From Alloascoidea hylecoeti (lineage: Eukaryota), in NCBI GenBank assembly GCA_001600815.1, contig BCKZ01000026.1:210730-265841 (forward strand): DNA of 55,112 nt. Reading direction: 5' to 3'. Shown in pieces: positions 45,506 to 55,112 of the stretch. Positions within the stretch are counted from its first letter, which is position 1, and every line of letters starts with the position of its first letter. Position numbers and translations under genes: made by a program. The notes under the pieces were generated by a model. That model searched no databases, was not told the DNA's origin, and saw only the letters and a program-made list of their open reading frames with translations.

Positions 45506-47131
45506 TTATTTTTTAACTTCATGTCTAAAACAACATCTACTACCATATTTACAAGTACCATCTCGTAACCAGTTAGCACATGGTTTTGATCTCCATTTTG
45601 GTGGTCTATCAACAGTCTTTAACTCTGAAACTCCATGAGCGAATTGACATTTATTACCATATGGACAAAGATTTGTTTTCATGAATGTATCACATAATTC
45701 AGTTTTATATAATGATGTATTTACGTTGTTGATGTTGTTATTATTATTATTATTAGATTTCTTAGAATCAATGCTGTTTGAATGATTGAGATTGGTGGGA
45801 GTTGATGGAGCCGTTGAAGGAGATTTTTTATTTAATGATAATTTTTTAGGAGACTTTGTAGATGTTCTTGATATTGGAGTAACTGTTGAAGGATTTGAAT
45901 CAACAGTTGAGGAAACCGAATAAGCTTCATGATAACTTCTTAAAGGTAGAGGTTTCGAAATTAAAGGAGAAGGTAAATCATAAAAATCGTTTAAATTTGA
46001 TTCTCTTTCGTCAAAGTTAGATATTGCCTGTCTATAAGGGGGTAAATTATAACATTGTTGATTGTGTAACAATTTATATTCATTTGGTATTGATAATGAA
46101 GCAGGATCACCAACGGATTGTGCTTTCCTAACCTCAGTAACAGAAGATTTTGAGGATGAATTAAAAGTAAGATTGGACGATTGTTCATATTGATACTGCT
46201 GTTGCATGTGATATAAAGCAAGATTTTCAAAAGGAGATACTTTTAAATTAGTTGGAGGAATCGATTGATAAGGGGATTGTTGTTGGTTGATAAATCTTGA
46301 CAAATTTTCTTCAGTCAATGGAGCTTTTTCGTTGAATGAAGGTTCATTATAAAAATGATTTTGATTTTGATTTTGATTTTGGTTATGATTTTGATTTTGA
46401 CGTTGATGTTGTTGATGCTGATTTTGATATTGATATTGATTATGATTATGATTATGATTTTGATTTTGATTTTGATTTTGATTTTGATTATGATTTTGAT
46501 TTTGATTTTGCTGAAGAGTCCACAAATCATTAAAGTTTTCGTTTCTAAGATTTAAATTTTCATTTCTCATATTTAAATTTAAGTTTGGTTGTTGATTCCA
46601 AATATTGTGAACATTATTATTGTTGTTATTATTAATGTTAGTATTATTTGACCATAGATCTGAGAGGATGGAGCGATCTTTTTCCTTTTCAAGTAAAGAA
46701 GGTTGATCACTACAATTTGATATTGTTTTGGCGGCAGTTGGGACGGAGAACAAGGAAGTAGCCGAAGAAATGGAAGATGCGGTGGATAAAGGCGGTGGAG
46801 GAGGTCTGTTCCTTGTTGAATGAAGATCTTCGTCCAACCTTGATTGTCGAACATCATGAAGAGATGCTTCCAGAGAAAAGGAGGTTAGATTATCGATTAG
46901 ATTTGAGTCATCATGATTTGAGATCCAGGAGGTAGAATACTCTTTATGTTTAAGGGTGGATATTGTAGCGACCGAAGAAGTGGGCGAGGGAGGAGCATGG
47001 AAAGTGTGCAAATGAGGGAGTAACTGTCGAGATTGGTGTTGGGACTGTGGATCTGGGATGGTCACAAGACGAGTTGGGTGGACAAGTAAACCTTCCGGAT
47101 TGGTGTGTGAGTCAGCGGGATTCCAGCACAT
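45506..47131 (-). CDS. CTH1: Tandem CCCH zinc-finger mRNA decay factor (tristetraprolin/Cth1/Cth2-Tis11 family)
   Basis: LYKTELC-x8-C-x5-C-x3-H followed by KWRSKPC-x8-C-x5-C-x3-H; N/Q-rich linker. First ATG at 47131. Confidence 0.92.
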   Translation of the reverse strand: MCWNPADSHTNPEGLLVHPTRLVTIPDPQSQHQSRQLLPHLHTFHAPPSPTSSVATISTLKHKEYSTSWISNHDDSNLIDNLTSFSLEASLHDVRQSRLDEDLHSTRNRPPPPPLSTASSISSATSLFSVPTAAKTISNCSDQPSLLEKEKDRSILSDLWSNNTNINNNNNNNVHNIWNQQPNLNLNMRNENLNLRNENFNDLWTLQQNQNQNHNQNQNQNQNQNHNHNHNQYQYQNQHQQHQRQNQNHNQNQNQNQNHFYNEPSFNEKAPLTEENLSRFINQQQSPYQSIPPTNLKVSPFENLALYHMQQQYQYEQSSNLTFNSSSKSSVTEVRKAQSVGDPASLSIPNEYKLLHNQQCYNLPPYRQAISNFDERESNLNDFYDLPSPLISKPLPLRSYHEAYSVSSTVDSNPSTVTPISRTSTKSPKKLSLNKKSPSTAPSTPTNLNHSNSIDSKKSNNNNNNNINNVNTSLYKTELCDTFMKTNLCPYGNKCQFAHGVSELKTVDRPPKWRSKPCANWLRDGTCKYGSRCCFRHEVKK

Positions 47132-47736
47132 TTTATTTTGATTTTTCAGAAGAATTCGAGTCTGAAATAGAAGAAAGAAAACAAAAAAGATAAAATTCAA
47201 GAAAAGGAGAAATTGGAGCGTTTTTAAATCGTTCTCCAAAAAGTAAATGTAAAAATAATTTTGTATGAATATAAGAAACAGAAATAATTATTAAAATTTG
47301 AGTGAAAAGAGCTAAACTTAAAATAATATTCGCTTTTTCCTTCGTTTAAAATTTTTTATATTTTTTGTATTATTTTCATTTCAAAATTAAAAATCCCCAC
47401 AGTTGGCTGCGGAAAAGGACGGACGCACAATATGCACCACACTGCAGTGACGCATGTGCATATGCGGCTCGGACAAATGCTGACACCCGCATGGGTGTGT
47501 GGCTGTATGACTCAGCAGCCGCATGTCTTTTGCGAGTTCGCATGCACCTGTGCAGCTGGATCCGCGCGAATATTTCAGACTGGCTGATGTCAGCGTGTCA
47601 CGTGCGGGGAGCAACCCGACACAGGTACCCGCTACCCCGGGCGGCTGAGCGGGTGCTTGACCGGAGTTTTTGTGGAGTAAAATTATTCTTTTTTTCTCTT
47701 TTGTGCCTCCATAAAATTCAAAAATCTAATTCGATT
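47132..47736. promoter_or_regulatory. Divergent promoter shared by the CTH1-like and MIG1-like genes, with a GC-rich core
   Basis: ACACCC-gcat-GGGTGT at 47483-47498, TGACTCA at 47508-47514, GTCACGTG at 47597-47604 overlapping GCGGGG at 47604-47609, CCCCAC at 47395-47400. Confidence 0.55.
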
Positions 47737-49656
47737 ATGGCGACGCAGCATTCAGACTCTTCCGATCCCTCCGTCCAACCAAAACTACAACAGCTGCGGC
47801 CACTGCCACTGCCAAATGTATCAACCACCCCAAGAACCCCCAGAGGAGTACCCACTATGTCCAACCCCAACCCATCCACTAATCCCACCAACGGGTCCAC
47901 CAACGGGTCCAACGGACCCCCAAACGTAACCCCTAGTTTACCCTCCAACTCGACAAAAAAGAAGCCAAAATCGCAGGACAAACCAACCAGAGATTATCCA
48001 TGTCCTATGTGTGGAAAAGCTTTTTTTCGATTAGAACACTTAACAAGACATATAAGAACACATACTGGCGAGAAACCTCACCCTTGTACCTTCGAGGGCT
48101 GCGAAAAAAAATTTAGTAGATCAGATGAATTAACAAGACACATGAGGATCCACACAAATCCAAATTCTCGACGGCAGAAACAGCAAGCTAAAAGAGATCA
48201 AAAGTTAAAACATTCTTCAAAAGGAAAACAACCGGATTCAAATCGTGTCCATTCTTCTAATGCTACTGATAATGAAAATGGAACTGATACCTTGAAACGT
48301 GTTGCTACTTCACCTTCGAATTCTTTACCTCCGAGTATCCCTTCGTCTCCTTCTTCGGGTCTAACCACTCCAACTTCAACCTCAAACTCCATGAAAATCA
48401 CTTCTCTACCACAATCTCCTATTTTCACTTCTCCTCCTTCAACTAGCACTTCTTCCAACTCTTTTAATTTTAACCCAAAATCTTTGAGTATGACTCCTTT
48501 AACTCCCAATAAACATTCAACTCCAAATTTTAGTACAAATTTTAATACAAATTCAAAGAAAGCTGGTTCCGCAACTCCCCCACTAACTTCTGCTAAAAAC
48601 ATCTTCGATATGAATGCTTTGGCAAATGCAGCTTCACATGAATTAGAAAAAGAACGGCTGCAACAGCAATCCTCAAATCAAAATCTTGAATCTTCTTCTC
48701 AATTACAACCAACAAAATCATTACCTTCTTTACCTACTTTTTTCGGTAATAACACCAATAATTATAGTACTACAACTTCAACAACAACAAATAGTAATAC
48801 TAATTCTCATCATCATCTTCATCACCACCATCATCATTCATTAGTACCAAGAATGACCCCAATCAAACCATTGACTCCATTTTCCTTAACTTCTCTTTCT
48901 TCAACTACTTCTTTAATCAAATTACATGATCCTGATGACCCATATACCCATAACAGTAATAGTTATAGACTTTCAAAACGGTCCAGACCAAATTCCCCTT
49001 CTTCAACAGTACCGAACTCTCCAAATTTATCTGCAATTTCAAATATGAATCCCTTTGGCTCTGGAAATAATATAAGTAACTTATTATTTAGCCCTGAGAG
49101 TACACCATTGACAACTCCTTGTCATTCTCCAAGATTAGGTCCAAGAAACCCATCAGCCTTCGATGTTAGCAGATCAAACTCATTCGGTAATCTGGCATTG
49201 TTAGATCAACCATCAATTAATAATGCTCATCAAAGACTCCAAATTACTCCAAGCACTAGTAATTTAAATGGTGATGGTATAACTTTACCACCAATAAGAT
49301 CACTACCTCTTTTAAGTCAAGTTAAATCAAATCCTTCATATTCGATACCTGGTTTAAGTATGACTCCTTTAAATACACAGAGAAGAACATCTCCACCAAT
49401 GTCAGCTTTATCATCAAGCACTTTCCAGCAAAGTTTTTCAATTTCAAGATCAAGTTCAAGAAGAAGTAGTTCAACACATTTATCCTCTACTCTAAGAGAA
49501 GAAATTCGATTTAAAGCAAATGCTAATAATGACTATAACCATAATCATGGTGGTAATGATAATTTTAATGATAATGACATGGCTATTGATTCTGATAGTG
49601 AGGGAGAGAAAAGGAGTAATTCTGGGAAAGTGAGTGTTACTGATTTATTGAATTGA
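47737..49656 (+). CDS. MIG1: C2H2 carbon catabolite repressor Mig1/CreA
   Basis: [55 protein letters not shown]; CreA-type SKRSRPNSP...[12 protein letters not shown]; effector motif LPPIRSL. First ATG at 47737. Confidence 0.93.
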   Translation: MATQHSDSSDPSVQPKLQQLRPLPLPNVSTTPRTPRGVPTMSNPNPSTNPTNGSTNGSNGPPNVTPSLPSNSTKKKPKSQDKPTRDYPCPMCGKAFFRLEHLTRHIRTHTGEKPHPCTFEGCEKKFSRSDELTRHMRIHTNPNSRRQKQQAKRDQKLKHSSKGKQPDSNRVHSSNATDNENGTDTLKRVATSPSNSLPPSIPSSPSSGLTTPTSTSNSMKITSLPQSPIFTSPPSTSTSSNSFNFNPKSLSMTPLTPNKHSTPNFSTNFNTNSKKAGSATPPLTSAKNIFDMNALANAASHELEKERLQQQSSNQNLESSSQLQPTKSLPSLPTFFGNNTNNYSTTTSTTTNSNTNSHHHLHHHHHHSLVPRMTPIKPLTPFSLTSLSSTTSLIKLHDPDDPYTHNSNSYRLSKRSRPNSPSSTVPNSPNLSAISNMNPFGSGNNISNLLFSPESTPLTTPCHSPRLGPRNPSAFDVSRSNSFGNLALLDQPSINNAHQRLQITPSTSNLNGDGITLPPIRSLPLLSQVKSNPSYSIPGLSMTPLNTQRRTSPPMSALSSSTFQQSFSISRSSSRRSSSTHLSSTLREEIRFKANANNDYNHNHGGNDNFNDNDMAIDSDSEGEKRSNSGKVSVTDLLN

Positions 49657-50949
49657 TATTACTCTTTAATTTAATTGGGCATTAATCATTTTCGGGCTCA
49701 CTTTAAAAATGTTTACTGTTTTGAATTCAAAGTGATATCTTCAACATTAATGAAGGATTAAAATTAACAATTTTAATTTTTTTTCTATTCCTCATTTAAT
49801 TATATGCTTTAGATGATGACATTATCTCTTCAAATTGTAATGCTCCATTATTATTATTTATAATGAAATAATTCACTTATAATGTTTTATATATATTGTA
49901 TTAATTTATTGATTTAGAAAATGTACAAATGTACTATTGAAATGAATGATTTTATTGATTCTATTTTCAAATTCTTACAAATTGTCATCCTTAAATATAA
50001 CTCTAGATTCTTACACTGTAATTACACTTAATTTAGGTTTCCTTTTATTTGATATACCACCATGTTAATATGTATAAAGAGGTAGCCGAAATCTTAATCT
50101 TAGAAAGCCCTATATAAGTGAAATACCTCGGCGAAATATTTTACATAATACAGCCGAAATAGCCATTTAAGGCTTGCGAATATATCTCAAATAATTGCGA
50201 ATACACTGGTTATCAAGTAGCCAATATCAACGCAAAACACTAGCATACTGAACAGCGTAAAGCCATCTTCATCTTGGTTTAACTTAACTCAAACTCAAAT
50301 ATCGATGCTCTAGATAATCTTTTATATAGAGACCCTATATCCTCTCCACTCAATCCTCCTTATATCAAATTCTAATAAGGAACTCGCCAAGATATTTTGT
50401 TAAATCCAGGTTTGTCATTTCACTTAATTTCTGCGATATTGAGGACACACACAGTAAATATACAATTACATAGCGCTCAGGAAAATTTAGGATATTATAA
50501 ACATTGATCAATTACGCTTATAAATAAATTTTGAAAATCAAAATAGCATAAAAATTGTAAATTAGTAGATACCTAAATATACTTACACAAGCACATATGG
50601 TACAGTAGTACTTAAAACTTTTAATATACATTCTTGGAGTTAACAGACCAAATCAGCGACCTCTGGGGAATTCCGGATTTACTACTATAACATCGATAAT
50701 GTAATGGTCACACAAAAGTATGTGTAACTAAAAATATTTGATAGGTACCAAATCTTGAAAATGGTTCCAGCATTTTAATTCAGGCTTAATTATATCTTTC
50801 CAATTGTTAAATGAAACATCAATACTGGATTGGTGGAACAACTACAATAACATGAACACCATAGTTAAAAGATTTACGAATTATATAATTAGGTAATCAG
50901 TACGCATAAAATCTGGTAATCGATGCATGTGATCCAACTCCATATAAGT

Positions 50950-51575
50950 ATGTCTACTAGCTCTTGTATCCTCTCCACAACCACCAACAAAGGAAAAATC
51001 AAAAAGAAAACTTAGAGCTCTTGCTTCAAGAGATAAGGGGACTAGAATACTAAAATATGTGGCCAGAAGTCATCTAGAGACCAATACATCAATCAGAACG
51101 ATTTCAAAGGACGCCGGGTTGGCCCGTTCAATGCTCATATATAGAATCAATTGTGGACAATCCAATTCAGCATTAAAAGAAGCCTACAAAACTTTGTCAA
51201 AAGCAGATGAAAATTGACTAACGAATGTGAGGCTATCAAATGGGTGAGACCGCCGATATCTGGCTCTGTATTTTGTCTTTTGAGGAGCGAAAAGGTCCTC
51301 AATTGGGTGCTACAAAAGCTGAACTCTACACCTCATTAGAGTGCATAAATGCTGTTGGATATGCTACGCATCCACTCATGATCGTTAAAGGTACAACAGT
51401 TGGAAGGGTTTGGTTGGAAGATGTAAAGAAGAAGGATATTCGTAACTACTCTTTAAGAGCATCAATTCTGAGCTGTTTCTTGCGTGGTTCCAGAACACTT
51501 TTCTTAAATATACCAGCCGAAAAAGAAGACAGTTATTGGTCGTTGATGGCCACTCCTCTCATATCACTTTTTTGT
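50950..51575 (+). mobile_element. Internally deleted, frameshifted pogo/Fot1-like transposase remnant
   Basis: psq-HTH-like SIRTISKDAGLARSMLIYRING(C)...TLSKADE; DDE-1 relics YTSLECINAVGYATHPLMIVKG and WFQNTFLKYT..RRQLLVVDGHSSH (DGHSSH at 51545-51562). Confidence 0.82.
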
Positions 51576-52346
51576 AGAAAACATTTCAAACGTGCAGTGA
51601 GTACAATTACTTAAAGATTTATCAATTCTTTCCATAAAATTGATTGATGCTTTTGTTTTTTCATCTGTAACACCATTTTTTAGAGCTGGCACATGCTCAT
51701 TTATTCCGTTGTAATTATTTGATGTATCGGATTTTGCACCATAAAAACTAGTTGTTGGAGCAGTCATTTGCTTATTATTAACCCTTTTATTAGAATTATC
51801 ATTAATGCTGTTCGTCGGAGCATTCATAAGCTCAACATTAATTCTCTTAGTCGAATTATTTAAAATTCCGATTGTATCATCATTAACACTGTGTTTTGAA
51901 GCAGTCATAAGCTCAATTCTTTGATCAGAAGAATGTGATGTTAGTTCTGAATTGTAATTGTAAATACCAACTGTTGTTACTAAATATTTTAAGCCCGATA
52001 TTGAAGTAACAAGTATTTGTATCAGATTAACCAGTAATATTTTTAGATATTGGATGACAAGTAATCAGTCTGTAAATGTAAATGTATTGTTAAGATTATT
52101 TGATTACTATGAAACTATCTAGAATTTAAACTGAAGGGAAGTCTGAAGGGTATTTATATCCATCGATGGGACATACAAAAACCATAGACCATTCTAACTA
52201 GTTTCTAGCTACTACTTCAACATCACTTCGTTAAAGAAGGTTCTAATAATCCAATATTATAATACTCAACTATAATACACTCACTGGGACTACCCCTTAT
52301 ACAAAAACACAAATATTTCCACCAATCCGGGGAGTTAATTGAAAGC

Positions 52347-52491
52347 TGTTATTTTTATATGAAAGAAAATAACGTACTTATAATGGTAGATGCTTGAAAA
52401 ATATATGTTCCCTATTAAATTAAAATTTTTCTTACACTTTATTATTTTGGAAAAAAAACACACACTTTTTCTAATATATATTTTAATAACA
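52347..52491 (+). repeat. Possible short LTR (TGTTATT...AATAACA) related to 53797-53952
   Basis: TG...CA ends with a 7-bp inverted repeat. Shares TTCCCT...ttt.GGAAAA(A)CACACA.TT blocks with the sequence just downstream of the copia PPT. No TSD seen. Confidence 0.35.
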
Positions 52492-52929
52492 TTTTAATTT
52501 TATTAATGAAACCTAAATTAATTTCAATGCATTACTATAGCAAAAAACTTCTAAAGGAAAAATTGTTCTCTTTATAGTAATGAAAGATATTCTACAGTTT
52601 CTTTATCAGCTCCTAAGGATATAAGGAAGCATTAAATATCTCAAGAAGTTCTTTTCAGTCTCTTAACTATTTTCTCCACTATTAAAGGATACATCTTTCA
52701 CGATCCAGAGATTTTATATCCTCAATTCCACAGCCATTATCGGTTCTCTTTTCATCCCCCATTACCATTGTAATTTCCATTGCATATATCCTATTACCCA
52801 CCTCAAATTATCTTTCGTATCGAAGATAATAATATCATTTTTGTCAGGCTGTTTAACTTGGACTTGAAATATTTTAACATTAACCTTATAAGACTGGCAG
52901 CGGCACGTCTAGAGTTATAAACTTGAAGT

Positions 52930-53796
52930 GATCAGAGCAAAAATTTTAGGGTTATATTAGGATATAATCCAGAATCAGGTTCAGAATGTGAATTCGTTGT
53001 AAGTGCAATGGATAACAATAACGTACAAAGCCTGCAACAAGCTCAGGTTCACTACGCAGTGAAGCTTTCTACCCCCAGGCTATGATAACAGTCTGAGAGT
53101 GTTGAATAGAATTAGATGTTGATTCTTGTTCGCTCATTGTTAATTGATGTCCTCAGATTGTATAAACACGTTGTTCTTAAACTCTTGGAAATTAAATATG
53201 AATATATTTATTATATTATATTTTTACGATACTTTCTAAAATGTGGGAATTCTTCCATATAAATTATGGAATCCCCAAAAACTATTTAGTCTAGTTAATC
53301 TAAATAATGAACTATAAATTTGTTCCACCATGTTCTGTTGGATATATATTACACTCTTAGAACAGTTCACTAAAGAGTCGATTGGCTTTTTGGCGCAATT
53401 GGGAGAACAGGCACTTTGAACTTTAACATATTCTTACATATGATCAACAGTATCATTACAAAGTCAAGTACTGAAAGCAAACTCATCGGACTTGAATTAG
53501 GTACTAATAAATTAGAATTACTATTACCAACATTGGAATTATTATATAAGAATATCAATATCACTTTCAAAACAGATAATAATCCATTAATAAACTGGAT
53601 AAACTGGATAAACTCAGATATCAATGTGAAAGGCATAACAAAAAATATCGATATCAAAATTAAGTACTTGAAACAACAATTTAAAATTAATCAAAATAGA
53701 AGATTGGTGAGAGTTGATTCCTCATCGAACTATAGTTACATACTCACAAAACCTGTCACTGGTGCAAAGAAAAATCTTTTAAAAATTGAGAAGGAG
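52930..53796 (+). mobile_element. Degenerate Ty1/copia pol 3' end (RT relic and RNase H) with polypurine tract
   Basis: KSSTESKLIGL (STEAE-like), TDN, TKNIDIKIKYLK (TKHIDI) and NYSYILTKPV (N.ADILTKP). PPT-like TGAGAAGGAG at 53787-53796 followed by TATTGG. Confidence 0.8.
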
Positions 53797-54014
53797 TATT
53801 GGATATATAGTTATATAATTAGATTAGAATAGTTTTTGTTATTACATAGTTTCATATATATGGGGTGATATTTATGAAGATCTTCATTTCCCTTATATAT
53901 TAGCGAGTTTCCACATTATTTAGTTTTAGGAAAACACACATTCTTTATAACATAAATTTATTACCAATTATGCCTCCGAAACAATCCAAGAACATCACCA
54001 CAGATGAGCCCATA

Positions 54015-54230
54015 AGCCAACAGTGGGAGCCTCTAGTACAATCAGACAGTTAAATCTCCCACGAATATTGAATACTGCTCAGTCAGGCAAAGAAATGACG
54101 GTGACAGGTGTGGTAAAGTTAGAACTAAATTATGAAGACGGATACTGGCAGATTAATTTCTGGGTAGCTGAAGGACTTAGCCACCAAGTATACTTAGGCC
54201 GACCATTCATTTTTAAAGAAAGACTGGAAA
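54015..54230 (+). mobile_element. Ty3/gypsy-type aspartic protease fragment
   Basis: NSGS relic of D(S/T)G at ~54019 in a shifted frame, then VTGVVKLEL...FWVAEGLSHQVYLGRPF (the ILGRPF-type C-terminal motif). Confidence 0.6.
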
Positions 54231-54477
54231 AAGACCCGAAGAGAATTTTGAATAGAGAACAAACTGCTGACCCAGAATTAGAATTGGAAAGAATAAAATG
54301 TTACAATAGAGAAAGACAACAACAACACACAATATTGGGTTTACTAGAAGATCTACATTATTTTTGAGGGGTAAAATAAATTACATATATATAGAGTAGA
54401 TGATTTCCACTTATAATAAGATAACTGAGAATAGATTAATAATTTTCCTATAACGCTTTAAAATCGCTTACACAACA

Positions 54478-55112
54478 ATGAGCTTAGAACTTTATATTAA
54501 ACAATTAAATGAAACTATGCAAGAGTTTGTGAAGCTCAAGGAGGAGAAAGAACAAAATGGTAGCGGCGCGGATGTGTCTGCATCGTCCCAACTCCGCAGA
54601 ATGTCCAAATTAACTTTGGAAAGAGATTCGTTTAAACCTTGGGATTTTGGATTTACTGGTGCTGTTCGTCGAATGGGATTAACTCGGTTCATCGACGAAA
54701 ATGATGATACATTGTATCTGAAAGAAATGAGCCATGAAGAAGCTTGTAATCACGATGAAGTAATGAAATTGATTTTGGGATCTATCTCAAATGAATTAAA
54801 AGTCTACGTTGACACCAAAAAGGGTGCCTTATACAGCTACAAAAGACTAAAATCAGCTGTGATGAAATATATTCCCGTTACATCTAGTATTAGGGAATTA
54901 ACAGAACTAAAATTTGATGGGACTGATCAAACAGTAGCCCAATTCTTGACCAAATATGAAAGAATATTGGTAGATATTGAAGACACGTCAGGAAATAGAA
55001 TGCCTCCATACTTTGAAGCACAATTTCTATTGAACTGTTTAATTGGTGAATACGATATAGTCAAGAAGGAGCTTGGCACTCAAAAGGAACCAGACATAGA
55101 ATCCATCAAGAT
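54478..55112 (+). mobile_element. Ty1/copia-type gag ORF, uninterrupted to the window end
   Basis: Manual translation from ATG 54478: MSLELYIKQLN...KLTLERDSFKPWDFGF...MGLTRFID...LILGSISNELKVYV...RELTELKFDG...VAQFLTKYERIL...FLLNCLIGEYDIVKK. This fits the UBN2/Retrotran_gag_2 pattern, with no stop in ~211 codons. Confidence 0.75.

Noticed and set aside
46315..46555. IKIKIK / DFDFDF / ILILIL ORFs
   Set aside because: Shadows of the NQ hexamer repeat in the CTH gene.
47365..47736. 124-aa N-terminal extension of MIG1 in the ORF track
   Set aside because: Begins at a non-ATG codon and spans the GC-rich promoter; the first ATG in a good position is at 47737. The extensions given for CTH1, TAF7, DSS4 and OXCT were trimmed for the same reason.
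52725..52750. Minus-strand RTDNG, reminiscent of an integrase core motif
   Set aside because: A five-residue match on the opposite strand to the copia relic, with no supporting context.
1..55112. CRISPR arrays, rRNA or prokaryotic operon-like systems
   Set aside because: Eukaryotic DNA with spliceosomal introns; no repeat-spacer array or rRNA-like sequence seen.

Overview
AT-rich budding-yeast (Saccharomycotina-like) genomic DNA, apparently read with the standard code: CTG sits at invariant Leu positions. Introns are mostly short, with degenerate signals. Core genes in order: a DUF2235/YEL023C-like gene (5' part), RPS10, PEF1, an FMP46-like gene, succinyl-CoA:3-oxoacid CoA transferase, TAF7, an Efg1/Sok2/StuA-type APSES factor, two tandem Yvc1-related TRP-like channels, MDS3/PMD1, a YHR131C/YNL144C-like PH protein, a second APSES factor with an AT-hook, an Eis1-family protein, DSS4, a CTH1/TIS11 CCCH protein and a divergently transcribed MIG1/CreA factor. 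Reading the DNA by eye adds features that the ORF track misses or shows only as fragments: a clean 4-exon 109-aa orphan gene; a ~476-bp decayed palindrome; a frameshifted F-box/WD40 pseudogene that, from memory, resembles Glomeromycota paralogues (possible horizontal transfer); a PUS4 fragment; and a Tc1 remnant with one intact end. The last ~4 kb is a cluster of pogo, copia and gypsy remnants plus an open copia gag. All homology calls come from motif recognition without database searches.
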